Origin: Isurus oxyrinchus
Taxonomy: Eukaryota
Length of the DNA: 64,000 nucleotides
Assembly (NCBI GenBank): GCA_026770705.1
Contig: JANJGN010000021.1
Coordinates: 90,210,001-90,274,000, forward strand
Direction: 5' to 3'
The notes under the pieces were generated by a model that was not told the origin of the DNA, did not search any database, and saw nothing but the letters and a program-made list of their open reading frames with translations. Below are positions 39,151 through 52,449 of this stretch, one piece after another. The translations under genes were made by a program, and so were the position numbers. Position 1 is the stretch's first letter, and each line of letters opens with the position of its first letter.

Positions 39151-39476
39151 GACCGTAAGACCATGAGACCATAAAACATAGGGGCAGAAATTAGGCCATT
39201 CGGCCCATCGAGTATGCTTTATTATGGCTGATAAGTTTCTCAAGCCCATTCTCCTGCCTTCTCCCCGTAACCTTTGATCCCCTTACCAATCCAGGACCTA
39301 TCTATCTCGTTCTTAAATACCCTCAATGACCTGGCCTCTACGGCCTTCTGTGGCAATGAATTCCACAGATTCAACATTGTCTGGCTAAAGAAGTTTCTCC
39401 TCATCTCTGTTGTGAAAGGTCTTCCTTTACTCTGAGGTTGTGCCCTCGGGTCCCAGACTTTCCTACTAATGGTAAC
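39150..39476 (-). mobile_element. Relatively young CR1 3' end with 8-bp tandem tail
   Basis: gaccgtaa-gaccatga-gaccataa tail then ggccattcggcccatcgag...ttccacagattc. Confidence 0.85.
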
Positions 39477-40396
39477 GGATTTAAAATTTTAACGGGACTA
39501 TTTCCTCACTTGACCTGTATCGAGCGGTATATGCACATATTATGGGCAAAATCCACTATTTATTCAAATATCGCGTTGATGGAATTGCAGCAAAGCAACA
39601 GTCTCATTTCTCTACATTACAGCAACTTTGTTTCTGTGCTCGCCTATTACATTACAGTAATGTTAACCTCAATTTCCGATCGGAAAACTGAAAAGATGCG
39701 GTACACTCTGCTTCTGAATAAGGTGCTGGTTTACTTTCAATTATGTTAACATCCTGCTTAGTGAGTGGAAAATAACGTTGCCCATGGTGCGGAACCAGCC
39801 ATACACTCAATGCGCACAGTTTTCAGCCCAAAAACGTAGGCTCAAATTACTCACAATTTATAAATAGAATATAACTGTGACATCTTAATTTAACGGTTAC
39901 TAAGTGCAGCATGACGATGGCATTTGGCTGACCTAGAAAATATATGGCACAGTAAGATTACCTTTACCAAAACGTCTCACAGAGACCTTGATTGAAGTTA
40001 ACAGAAAATTATAAGTGTGTTTTTGTCAGCAAATAAAATCCACAGCTAGCTAAAAGTAACAGTTTGGCACGACAGCTCAATGATTTAAATACGTTCCAAT
40101 AAGATTCATTGGAGTTTTAAGCGACATTCCACCTCAGACCATTCAACTGGATGCTGAATTGAAAATATAATTTCACCTGGAATGTATTAGGTGGGACTGA
40201 TAATCGTTTTGCTTTTAATCTTGATCACTGCGCAACAAGATATTCCACATACTTTTTTTCGAAAACAAAGGCTCTTTGAAGGGCGTCATGTAGTTTTTTT
40301 ATTATCAAGCTAGGCTAGGGTCAATCTTGTTGATTTGGTTGTTCACGAAATTATATTCTTTCATTGTTATCATTTTAATTTCAATTATTTTCGTAG

Positions 40397-40423
40397 AGAA
40401 ACAGTTACAAAGAAAAGATAAAG
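40397..40423 (+). CDS. Microexon 14 (27 nt): EKQLQRKDK
   Basis: ttttaatttcaattattttcgtag|AGAAACAGTTACAAAGAAAAGATAAAG|gtaaca; paralog of 5310-5336. Confidence 0.85.
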
Positions 40424-40879
40424 GTAACATGTTAATGTTGTGCCATTGAATACTTCCCTTCACTGCGAGGGATTGAACAGATGCAAACAATCCAGTTAAG
40501 CATTCATAGAGTGCAAAACATATTGAAACACTTATAATGGAACATCAGGAGAAGTAATGACTGCTGGAGTGATGGGCATGCTGTTACTTTGATACGAATG
40601 ACAATAAAGAGGAGCAGAAAATTTAGAGCTAGCTTTGTTTATACAATTCTTATGATCCAATTCAAGACAGATAAAATAAACAAAAGTGGAGTTCCAAGTG
40701 ACTGATCTAAAGGGATTGCACAAGAGTTGAAGTTGAAAAAATAATTATGGTATCAAACAAACTAAAATGGACGGAGAAGAACATTACTTGGTAGGTAACT
40801 GATAACCTAAACTACCAGAAAGACCACCCATGTTAGAGGCTTAACACAGTGACTTGTACAATACCACTTATTGTAGTCT

Positions 40880-41830
40880 TTATGGGAAGGAGTTCAAAAT
40901 GACTCCAACGTCCAAAGCGTTCACTTCTCTACCTGTCACTGAGTGATAACGTCAAGGTACCATCGGAGGTCATTTATCTTAGTTTTTACAAGATATCCTG
41001 ATCCTACCTTCAACAGCAAAGTTCACTCCAAAGGTAGTTCCCCACCAGGCCTGGAAGGATCTTTCAGAGTGACAGGCAATTCCACAGCTAATGGATCAAA
41101 TACCAGCTTTGCAAGCCTATCACAGACAGCCGTGAATCGTGGAGGACAATTATATCCTCAATGATGGGGGAGCCCAGCACGCCGGCAAAAGCTGAAACAC
41201 TTGCTACAATCCACAGCCTTAAATGCCTATTGGGTTATCCACTTCGTTCTCCTCCAGAGGCCTGCATCTTCCCAGCTGCCAATCTTCAGCCAATTGGATT
41301 CACTCCACATCATGCGAAGAAACGGCTGAAGGCAATGGATACTGCGAAGGCTATAGGCCTTGACATATTCCGGAAATAGTGCAGAAGACTTATGCTCCAG
41401 AGCTTCCTGCGCCCATAGCCAAGCTGTTCTAGTACAGCCACAATGCTGGCTCTAACCTGGATTGTGGAAATGATTAACTTGGCATTTTCCCGGCAAATCA
41501 GCATACTTTCGATCATCAGTTAGCTGATGGAAGGGGCCATCAACAGTGCCAAGGCATGGCACTTGCTTAGCAATAACCATTGGTTGGAATCACCAAGGAA
41601 GATGGTTGTGATTGCTGGTGGTCAGTCACCTCAACTCCAGGTCATCGCTGCAATTATTCCTCAGGGTAGTGTTCTAGGCAAAAACAACCCCGATTGCTTC
41701 ATCAACGACCTTCATTTCGCCATAAAGTCAGAAATAGGAATGTTCGCTGATGATGGCACAATATCGTTCACCATTCACAGCTGCTCAGATGTAGAAAGAA
41801 GCTTTGCAGCAAGGCCTGAGCAAATTCAGG
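40880..41830 (+). mobile_element. Second-family LINE RT fragment
   Basis: IPQGSVLG...CFINDL...SEIGMFADDGTI. Confidence 0.8.
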
Positions 41831-42070
41831 AACAAAAAAATTGCGGGATAAACTCAGCAGTTCTGATAGTATGTATGAAAAAAAAAGTCAGAGTTAACAT
41901 TTCAAGTCCGCATAGCTCCTTTTCAAAACAAAAAAAAAGTAAAAATGCGGTGAACTATACACTATTTAAGAGGGGTAGGACAGGTGAAGGTGGGTAGATG
42001 GCCTGTAATAGGCGGAGGCAAAGGCGGGATTGCAAAATATGTCATTAAAAAAGGTCGAATGGTGTTGATG
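41830..42070 (-). mobile_element. Penelope pLTR remnant
   Basis: ataaactcagcagttctg...gagttaacatttcaagtcc, antisense to the pLTR ends elsewhere in the window. Confidence 0.55.
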
Positions 42071-43129
42071 GCGGTGATTATTCGACCTTTTGTTTTGTTC
42101 CGCGAAAATACAGTGCATGTGCTCGGATCAAGTCTACCGCGGGATCGCAATGCAACACAAAATCGGTGAACATCTTGTTATTCTCTGCTATTACCATCGG
42201 AAGATTCGGCTGAATTAAATTTTCCTATCATCCGTCCGATGCAGAGAAAGTTCTCCCAGCCAGCTTATTCTTGAACGATTGTACCTTTAAATGTAACGAT
42301 TTCGGACAGCACACCGTTTAAGGAAGCACTTCAAATCAGTCCATCAAAACATAGAACATGTGACCATAGCCTTATTTATTTTTTGCCGAAATTCAAATTG
42401 TAAACTGCATACTAATGAAGAAAGTTTGCCTTGACTTTGGTAGATCTCGCTCGCAACTTTTAACACCAATTATATACAATTGATCAGCGTGGACATTGAC
42501 TCTATATTTGGATACTGTTTCGCCAAATATGATTAGAAAAAATAGCCGGCCATTTCGTCAAAACTATGACGTTTGAAAAAATAAACGTTGCCAAAAAGAA
42601 AGACACAAGGCAATGACGATAGATCATGATTCCCCATCGTCTAAAAACAGTTTCTCAAAATGAATGTTTCTTCAAATTAAAACAATATTCTTGCACATCT
42701 GGAATAAGTAGCAGGGGCAAATGAATGGACGAATAAATGCACGACGTCATTAACGTCATGCATAATGTTCTTCACCCATCGAGTCCACAATTGACAGTTA
42801 ATTGATACGATTGAAGTACATTATATATTGTGTAATGCTGCACCAAATACAGCCTTCTTCCGCTTGGTTGTGCATGATTAATTGTTTGCGATGCATGAGT
42901 TTACAGGTTACTACCGAGATCACATGCGGCTTTGTCAGATCATTCAAAGTCTTGCAGGTGCATAGTCATATGTCAATAATAAACATATTAACCCTTTAGA
43001 TATAATGCGTTGTACGGGTCAGAAGCAACATTGCACCATTATCGTGCAACATGCATCGGATCGAATTGTGTTGTTATTGTAGATTCCAGTTAAGTTTGCT
43101 GAACGCTGCACATTTAAATTTTAATGTAG

Positions 43130-43156
43130 AAATTGAAGAACTCCGTTGCCAGAAAG
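43130..43156 (+). CDS. Microexon 15 (27 nt): EIEELRCQK
   Basis: catttaaattttaatgtag|AAATTGAAGAACTCCGTTGCCAGAAAG|gtgagg; paralog of 23624-23650. Confidence 0.82.
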
Positions 43157-43479
43157 GTGAGGAGTAAAAACTATACAGTAGAGATTCCCGTATTCTTTTT
43201 TCTTATTATTATTCTGAGACACAATCCAGATAATTTGCCATAATAATTGACTCAGAATATATTGTATTCACAAATAAGGTGTCATTAAGTTGACCCAAAA
43301 TTTTGATTGCATTAGAGAAACATGATAACTTGAGGGATACATTTTGAAGGAAACTGATGAGGGTTTTAGGAATCAGTGCTCTGTTTTCATTCAAATGCTG
43401 TTTTATCTGTTACACTGCTAACCTTTTTATCAAAGTCATTGATATTGAATAATGGGGATTGTTACTCATAATTGGATTG

Positions 43480-45820
43480 AGGAGAGGGGATGTTTTCAAG
43501 TCATTGGAAATTTCGGGAATCCATTATTCATAAGGTGATAACAAGATGCTTCTAAAATCATAATGTGATCTGTCAGATATAACGTGGTACCGTGAAAAGG
43601 AATTCGTGTTTACCTAATTTATTAGAGTTTCCTAAGAAGAGCACCAGCACGTGGATAAATGGGAACCTGTAAAAGTGATGTACTTTGATTTCCAAAATAC
43701 TTCTGCTAAGGTGCCAAAACAAAGTCTACTACACAAGATAATGGGCGCAAGATGTAATGGACAACAGATTAGGATGGATAAAGAATTGTTTAGCTTACTG
43801 GAAATAGGGCGTAGCAATGAATGGATCTTTTTGACCTGGCGAGCGGTAACTTGTGTCGTGGCAAAGGATTCAGTGCTCAGACATCAAATGTATCAATTAT
43901 CTGGATATGGATGATGGGGCAGAATGTGTGAAGGCTAAATCTGACGATGACACCACGATAGGCAGGGAAAGAAATTTGTCAAGAGCAGGTAGAGTCTAGA
44001 AGGGATATAGATAGTTTAAGCGAGTGGGCAACAATTTGGCAGATTAGATGGAATTCAGGAAATTTTGAACATTCTCACATTCACAGGAGGAATAACAATG
44101 CAATAAACTATTTAGATGGGGAGAGTTTGAAGAACTCGTGGGGCAGAGGGATCTTTGTGTTGTCGTACATGAAGCAGGAAGGGAGTATGCAGGTTAGGCA
44201 ACTGATTAGGAAGACAAATGGAATTTGCCAATTATCACAATGCGAATTGTGAATAAAAGTACATTCCTACGACTATACCGATTCTTTGTGAGACCACATT
44301 AGGGATATTTTAGTGAATTTCGTCTCCTTACCTTTGCTAAAAACGTTTTGATTGTTAGTGTCAATTGAGAGAAGGTTCACTTCACTCATTCTTAGAATGA
44401 AGGGCTGACATTATGATGAAAGGCTGACCGCGTTGGGCCTACATGTATTGGTGTTTAGAAGAATGAGATGTCACCTTATTGAGGTATTTACAAACCTGAG
44501 TGGGCTTAATAGTCCAGAGTCCGGAAGGATGTTTCCTCCTGTGATGCAAATTAGACTACGGGACAGAATTTTTAAATAAGAGGTTTTCCATACAGAATGA
44601 AGGAAAAGAAGTTGTTTTCTTTTTCCACGAGGGTCGTTAGATTTTTATCATTATTATTATTCATTGATGGGTTGTGGGCGCCGCTGGCAAGGCAAGCATT
44701 TGTTGCCCGTTCCAGAATTGTCCTTGAGGAGGAGGCAGTGATTTGCATTCTTCAACTGCTGAACTCCATGTGGTGTACGTGCACCTACAGTGCTCTTAGG
44801 GAGGAAATTGCAGGACACCACAACAGCGAAGGAATGGCCGCACATTTCCAAGCCAGATTCTTTAGTGGCTTAGGGTGGAATATCCAGGTAGTGGTGCTCC
44901 TATGTGTCGGCTGTCCTTGTACTTCTAGAGGGTAACGGTTGTGGCTTTGGTATGGCGCTGTCTAAGGAGGCTTACTAAGTTTCTGAGGTGCAGCTTGTAG
45001 ATGGGACATACTGCTGGTCCTGTCTGAAGGTGAAGGAGGGATTGAATGCTTGTGGATGTGGTTCCAAACAAGCGGGTTGCGTTGTCTCGGATGGTGTCAT
45101 GCTTCTTGTGTTTTTTTTTTGGAGCTGCACTCATCCAGGCAAGTAGATAATATTCTATTGCACTCCTGACTTCTGCCTTGTAATGCTGGACAGCCTTCAG
45201 GGAGTCAGGAAGTGTGTTCTGCCTGGCAGGATTCCTAGCCTTTGACCTGCACTTATAGCAACAGTATTTGGATGGTAAGTTCTGCTCAGCTTTTGGTCCA
45301 GGGTATTTCTGGTGGGGGACTCAACGATCGTAATGCCATTGAATGCCAAGGTGCTATGGTTAGATTATGTCTTGAAGAGGATGTTCATTGCCTGTCACTT
45401 GAGTGGCGCGCATGATACTAGTTGTCAGCCCAATCCTAGATATTGTCCAGGTATTGTTGATTTTGGACATGGGCTGCTTCGGAATCTGATGGGTCACGGA
45501 AGACGCTGAAAATTATAATATTCAGTGAACATCCACACTTCCAACCTTAAGATGGATGGAAGTGCTTTGATGAATCAGCTGAAGATGGTTGGTCCAATGT
45601 GGAATAGGTTTGTCCAGACAGCAGTGCAGGCTAGGTTATTGAATTCATTCAAGGTTGACATGGTTATTTTTTGACAGACAAATGAGTGAAGGGTTATGGA
45701 GGACAGAGAGACATACTTTCATTGAAATCAGAAGAAGACCAGCCATGATCTTATCAAACGAGGAATCAGCTAGAAAAGTCGAATGACTTACTGCTGCTCC
45801 TGAACTCTTTCTTCCTACAT
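43480..45820 (+). mobile_element. CR1 RT-to-3' end, split by a nested antisense second-family LINE (44650-45600)
   Basis: VKVMYFDFQNTSAKVPKQSLLHKI; CR1 stops at gagggtcgttag (~44640) and resumes at tgtggaat...gcagtgcaggctagg (~45600). Confidence 0.75.
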
Positions 45821-46511
45821 TCCTAGTTTGGAATGGTTCCAATAAAAATAAATTTCCCCATTACCTCTTCGAATTATTCTTGTAAACCGAGAAGGTGCTG
45901 CCTGAGATGCTGAAAAATAAATTGTAGAACTCTTGGAATCAGCTTTATTCGTAACACCAAATATGAACCATAATTTAGATAATGGAGTCTAGAAGGAAGT
46001 TTCTGAATTACAAGAAAGGTTTTGCTGACTACAATGATGCTCCTCTGGTAGGCAACATTACATGCACGGAGGGAACAAGACATCCATAACGTACAGTGTT
46101 ATAGCCCTTTAATTATCAAGGCAACCTCAGGGAGAGAGAGGGAAAGAAAGCCTATCAATTTTAATCTTCAACAATGCTGAGGCGATGCAAAGTTGGCGGG
46201 TGGGAGAGGGGTGGGAGTGGTGGTGTGGTGGGGAGTAGGAATTGTATTCTGTAGAACTGTGTGTTAATCTGTGTATATCAGACGTCCTGATGAAACACCA
46301 CCCATTTGGACCGAGATGAAATTCCAGCATAATGATTGCAATCAGATTTAACGTCTACCATTTTATACATGAGGGGGAATTAATGTCTTCCAAATCTATA
46401 AGAAAAGTATCTATGTAAAATGTTTTGGCCATTCATTCTTACATTCTTTCGTACACTGCTGCACAAAGGTGATTTTTGAAGTTGATTGACACACACAATT
46501 GCAATTAATTA

Positions 46512-47228
46512 CCAGCAAAATATTGCGGACGTTGGAAGTCTGAAATAAAAACAGAAAATGCTTGAAAAGCTGAACAAGTCTGGAAGCATCTGTGGAGAGA
46601 GAAACAGAGTTACCTTTTCGAGTCCGTATGGCTGGTATTCAGAGCTAAAGAGAAACAGAAATGCGTTGGTTTTTATAATGTTAAAGAGTGGGTGGACCAG
46701 GTGGAGCAATCACAGCCTTTCAGACATAACCTTGAGTTCACCGACATCAAACCATGAACTCTCCATTCCATCTTTACCCCTGTTTTGATCCAATATTTGA
46801 TTTTTATTTATCTACAGATTACTTTTTTTTTACTGAATTCATGTTTTATCCTTTTACCCCATACGCTGCCCCATCCCCCAACACACTTATGCACACACAC
46901 ACGCAGAGCCAACTGTTACTTGTCTTTATCTTATGCTTTCACAGATTGCTGATCCTTTTTGTGGTATTAGCACTTTTTGCTATCTTAAATTTATGGCACT
47001 GTCAGCCTTTCTTTAGTTTTTAACATTAGGATCAACATTCCCCTTTTCCTTTCTGCACGACCTGTTTTTCCAATTTGTCCTTAGTTCCCACCTATCCGTG
47101 ACCTTATAGAGGCTCCGCCTGCTCCACCTCCTCGTGAACAGTATAAAATCCATCACAATCTTCCTTATCTTTATCTCTGAATAAGAGTTATATAAACCTG
47201 AGGTGTCAACTCGATTTCTCTCTCCACC
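46512..47228. mobile_element. Penelope-derived inverted structure (- arm 46512-46710, + arm ~46720-47228)
   Basis: cagcaaaatattgcggacgttggaagtctg...gcatctgtggagagagaaacagagtt versus ctctgaataagagt...gtcaactcgatttctctctccac. Confidence 0.7.
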
Positions 47229-47229
47229 C

Positions 47230-47725
47230 GGAAAATCGTGTTTGAGGAATGGTAGGAGGCAATGGGGATGGGGGTTGTGTATTGGGGTGTTCTTTGGGAG
47301 GCGGCAGGCTTGAGAGGCTATGGCGTAGTTGAAAGGGGGTTTAACCTTGAGGAGTACCTCCGATGGCCACGCTGGACACCCAAATGAGGTCAGCACCCAC
47401 ATCCCCCCACCATTAGCCTTTCTGGACACCTCTTTGTGCAGCTAAAGCTGCTTGCTATCACATGGCTTGAGCCTCCCACATCTTCGTGTAAAATAGCAGC
47501 GTGGACGATAAAGAGGCCTTCAGTCACTAATCGACACATACTGGCCTCAATAAATACACGAGCATGTAAGCAGACCGAATCCCCAGCCCCCGCTGACAAA
47601 AATCTGACATGTTGGGGCATGTGAGTAGAAGGTGGGCACGTTAGCGCGGCATTTTACGCTCTCCTACCGCCATGCACCAACCCCCTATCTCCTACTAATC
47701 AACCATCAGTGTAATGTAAAATTCA
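47230..47725. mobile_element. Putative non-autonomous TIR (Harbinger-like MITE) remnant
   Basis: GC-rich body with attttacgctctcc and terminal gtaaaattcagacc, similar to other short elements in the window (~5610-5925, 53630-53735, 63055-63165). Confidence 0.35.
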
Positions 47726-47839
47726 GACCATGGTGCAAAGTTACTCGTCCTGTTTTCAGTTCATACTGAGCACAATTGCGACTTTTTGTGGGACACCTTA
47801 ATGATCAATACGTTATTTAATTTTGTCATTATTTTACAG

Positions 47840-47866
47840 CAGATGCCCTCGTTGGGAGAGTATCAG
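47840..47866 (+). CDS. Microexon 16 (27 nt): ADALVGRVS
   Basis: ttttgtcattattttacag|CAGATGCCCTCGTTGGGAGAGTATCAG|gtgtgt; NAGNAG acceptor could give a 24-nt form. Confidence 0.7.
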
Positions 47867-48809
47867 GTGTGTGCCTATCCCACTCTCTGTTGACGTGAAT
47901 GTTCAAGTCAGGCAGAATTGTAGAACCCCTCCTGCTGGTGAGATGTTCCGGGCCTGCCGAATTCAATGGAATTTGTCGCAAAATTCATCATTTGACTCTA
48001 CCGCTCTTCTAAATCCAATGATGGAACAGTATCATAATTATAATTGTGGATCGCTCAGATGTAATTTTCTGTAAGGCTTGTCAAAGGGAATTAACAAGGA
48101 ATGATAATTCACAGATGTGTGAAGAGCAAATAGAGACGTGCATATCTTTAAGTTTTGATGGTAAGATAGGGGTGATAGTGTATCATGCTATCATTTGCTG
48201 AACAGTTTGGATGGAAACATAAAATTGTAGTAAAATCTCATTAGATAACAAGAATAGACAAAACATGTTGAAAAGTAGTGCGTTGTGTGTGCTTTATCTA
48301 TGTGAATGCACTTACGAACAAGATACATTTTAAGCTTGTAAACAGTTTGAACTTAGAAATACTGGGAATTTAAAAACACATTTGGACCTAGTGCATGTTG
48401 TTAAGTATCATAAAAATATTCATAGAATAAAATACAAATCCAATGAGGTGCATGATTTTATATCTAGATTACTTGTATGCAATAGGTAGAATCTGTGCTC
48501 CAATTTCAAAGGCCTGGTTAGATAACAGTTGAGAAATTGTGAGGCGTGCTGAGTGTTATAACCTGTGAAGAGTAAGTTGGCCTTGAAAGCGGTGTACCCA
48601 ACTCGAAAGCTTGATTGACGATTAAAGATTGCACAGATTAATTTAGAAAGCAAAGGGTCAATTTGACCGAAATTTTCAATCTTTAAAGGTAGCATCCACC
48701 TCTTCCATCAGGCGCCATGACCTAAAAGGCATTGTCAGCCATGGACTTGCATGGTTATGCTTGGAAAAATGAGCAGTGGTTTGCAGTTGCCTTTTGAATA
48801 TTGCTGACT

Positions 48810-48990
48810 ACTAATCTCTCCCACTCCTACCGCCTGCCATCAGGCACATAGAAGGAATTTTTGCAGTGATGATGAACCTGTGTGGCCACGTTAATGTGAA
48901 CCTTCTGTCGCCATCCAGTCCTGGATTGGGACTTGAATCCAGAGATGCTGGCCCAGAAGTCGGGATACAACATTGCGCCACAAGACCTCC
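48810..48990 (-). mobile_element. tRNA-derived SINE
   Basis: Minus strand GGAGGTCTTG-TGGCGCAATG (A box)...GGATTCAAGTCC (B-box-like). Confidence 0.7.
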
Positions 48991-49609
48991 GAAGATAAGA
49001 TAGACGATGAAAAACAATTTCCCCTGCATGAAAAGTTTCAGAAAGAAGAATAGCTTGAAATTGGAGCCAATCCTTTCAAAAGTGAGATTTTGAGAAAATG
49101 TATACATCCAGCAATGGCATAAATTTCAGCTTCTCTTGTGCAAATTACATTAGCTGCTATGTGAATTATTAATGTTCGTTATGATATTGTCTATTTTGGA
49201 TAACCAAATATATTGGGTGATGAGTGTAATGCAGTGTTTATAGAGTTAGGTTCCATATGAGCTATTTTCTCATTGAATGGGGCTGCAAACGTTACATGCA
49301 ATGGCTATTTTTTTGTGTGCAATTTTCTTCTTGCATTAAAATCAACGGAAAATAATTTTTCATGGAGATTAGAATGGACAGCCAGTTAAATTTCTCCTTT
49401 TTAGCACAACCTTACGAAGTTAACATTCACAGTGATACTGCTTGTTCATGCTCAATAATCATTCTCTCAATCATTTTTCTTTCAATTAGAAATGGTGCTG
49501 AAGTTATCAGCCTTGACTGTTCCAGTTGTAATTATGATCACTGAAAAGATCATTTTGGATGACAATATAACGTGGCTGAGATCGAACTAGGGCTGATTCT
49601 ACATTTCTC

Positions 49610-50130
49610 TAATTTCATGTCGCCCTGAAGTCATTAGTTTGAGGGAATACTCTCCAATTGCCTGCACGAGTGCACATCCAACAACACTTAAGAGCTTGAT
49701 ACCATCCAGGCTAAACAGCCCGTTTGATTGGCACCCAATCCAGAAACATTCTTTCTTCCACCACAAACGCACAGTGGTAGCAGTTTGTACCCTCTACTAG
49801 ATGCACTGCAGGAACTCACCAAAGTTACTTACACAACACCTTTCAATCCCATAGCCTCCACCATTTAGACGGACAAGGGCAGCAGAGACTTGGGAACACC
49901 ACCATCTGCAATTTGCCCCCAAATAACTCACCACCCTGACTTGGCAGCATATTGCCGTTCCTTCACTTTAGTTAGGTGAAAAATCCTGAACTGCCTCTTT
50001 AACAGTGGGTGTTACAACACAACACAGACTGCGGCTGTTCAAGAAGGCATCTCACAACCAATTGCAATGAGTGATCGGCAAGAAATATTGGACTAGCCAA
50101 AGATGCCCACATCTCAAGAATAAATTTTTA
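49610..50130 (+). mobile_element. Second-family LINE 3' part
   Basis: caacaacacttaagagcttgataccatccagg...gatgcccacatctcaagaataaa. Confidence 0.75.
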
Positions 50131-50509
50131 AGAAACATTGGAACAGAAGATGGGTCATGCTATTTAAAGGACCATTCCTTCCACAGAGGCAGACGTACAC
50201 CATCCCCGTCCGTTAAGTTTAGGACTACTACTCTGAATGTATATATACTGCGTGGAGCTCTAAGGGCGGTAAAATGATACGTGTGACCCTACTTCAATCA
50301 CAAGAGAACGCAGTGTTTCCGCATTCTCTGTAATGTTTCACTGTGAATGTCAAAGAGGTAAAAAACATCGTTCGATGAAGAGTGCCCTCACCTAGTGTCC
50401 CATTCAGATGCATCTCATAGATGGAATCATTTTTTTGTTTCCATGATTAGCCTCAAAACACTTGGACTCGTGTTTTACTGGTATATGTGGGGGGAGGGGG
50501 GGTGAAAGG

Positions 50510-52140
50510 GGGACAGAATTTACCAACAGGCAAACCTCCCCACCCTGCAACACCCAACTGGAAGAAAAGTCCACGGCAGAAGGTGCACCTGTAAGAACTT
50601 CACCCCAGCAGCCAAAAACACTGCCGTCGGGCTAAACAAATTCAATGTCGGACTTCCTCCCTCACTGGACAGGACGTCCACGCCTCCAGAGATGCTGAAG
50701 TATCAGATTGGCAGGCAGCTCTAAAAGTCCTCGAAGTGCCAAGCGTTGATCCTGCGCTCTGCCAAGACTGCATGGCGGAGCAGGAAGAAGAACGATGGCT
50801 GCAGAAGAGACACAAATCCGGACCTACGAAGTTCCGGAGGAATTGGATAGTCCAGGGAGAGAGGAGAGGGAGTGGGGGGCAGGTTTTGCAGGGCAGATGA
50901 CGAGGAGCGAAGGCTGCGACCCCCTTGGGGTTGGGTGCACCCAAGCACACAGGGAAACCCCACGCCCACCCCCCACCCTACATTTATGTGTCACCCTGCC
51001 TTTATAAAAAAAGGCTGCCCATTCCCACCAGCGTACAGGCTTGGCAACTTGCGCAATTGAACTGTCATTATTTAATTGAAAATGGCAGGCTAGCTGCCGA
51101 TTTTCGCGTCGGCTAACCTTGCATACGATGGTGGTCAGCTTTTGGTGCACAGGAATGTAGTCGACTTTGCAACCATGGGGTGACCTTTTATGCTCCAGGC
51201 TCAGGAAAGCTCCAGACTTCGTGGGGCGCATTATGAGGTGGGCTGATGTTGGGTGCTGTTTATTACATCATCACCTGCAGTTTCGGATAATACGGCACGC
51301 GAGTCAGTGGAAAACTAATGAAACCTCCCGTGTTATTTATAAGTCAATTTAAAAAGCAATTAAGATATTTAACTACCAATTAAACTGCAATAATCCGTCG
51401 GAATGTAATCATACGCCTCTGGAGTGAGATTTAAGACAGGTGGGGAATCTGTCTTTTTTAAGGGCAAGCTTGTTTGGGCTGGTTTTAATTTTATATTGTT
51501 GACCTGAATCTCATCTTGGCAGTTTAAGATTTTTCGAGTGCAGGGACTGCTCAATTAAATGGACCAAGGATCCTTTTGTATACTTTGCATGAGCAGAACT
51601 CTCTTCTGATTCAAATACCTCTTTTGATAGGTTATCTACCTGTCCATTCTCCAGAGGTGAGGAGTGAAACGTACCTAAGACAGATGGGGGTTGTTGTCTC
51701 AGTTCGAGACTCAACCTCCAGTAAGGTGTATAGAAGGACAAGGAGGAGAAAGAAGAGAAGGATGACAGTAAGAAGGGGACTCAGCGATTTTCTGGATCCT
51801 CTGGATCCTCAGGAAGGGATCAGATCAGTGCCAGACCTCGAGGTTAAGGAGGAAGCCAGAAAACCTAAGCAGAAGCGCAGATGAACTTATATGGCCCCAA
51901 GTGTACACAGGCAGACATACCAGCCAATGAACGCATGAGTTTATTGAGGTGTTTACAGCACTAGGACTAAGTCCTCCTCACGACTTTAACCTCATTGACT
52001 TCGTCGGCCACCTGCTCTCATGGAACACCAGTCTGTCTCGGTTTCTTCAGCTTTCCAGCTTCTAGCATGAAATGGTGGAATTTATATTGGATAACATGTA
52101 GGTTGGCACCGAGCATGGTTCAAAAAATCTCCAACCAGCT
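50510..52140 (+). mobile_element. Putative PIF/Harbinger-derived DNA transposon remnant
   Basis: TIR-like ggacagaatttacc at ~50511; basic, Arg-rich decayed reading near 51700-51980 resembles the N-terminus of Harbinger transposases. Confidence 0.35.
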
Positions 52141-52149
52141 TTGCCCCTT

Positions 52150-52385
52150 CTACAATGCCTCCTCCCTCGATCCAATGGTGCAGACATCTATGCATGGAAA
52201 TATATCGCCGCCCCTGAATTGTCATGGAACTCCCTTCCTAACAACACTGTGCATGTACCTACACCAGTTGGACTGCAGCAGTTCAAGAAGACAGCCCATC
52301 ACGAATTTCTCGAGGAGAGTTAAAGAATGGGCAATAAATGGTGGCCCAGCTAGCGAAGTCCAAAACCCATGAATGAATAAAAAAT
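52150..52385 (+). mobile_element. Second-family LINE 3' end
   Basis: ggaactcccttcctaacaacactg...gggcaataaatggtggccc...catgaatgaataaaaaa. Confidence 0.8.
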
Positions 52386-52449
52386 GCAATAAATGTGCCA
52401 AATGTGGGAAACCTGCTAAACGACAAAACTTCTGCCAGCTATGAGGTTT

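Noticed and set aside
48920-48990. tRNA-like A/B boxes on the minus strand
   Set aside because: No cloverleaf, and it continues into a SINE body; called a SINE, not a tRNA gene.
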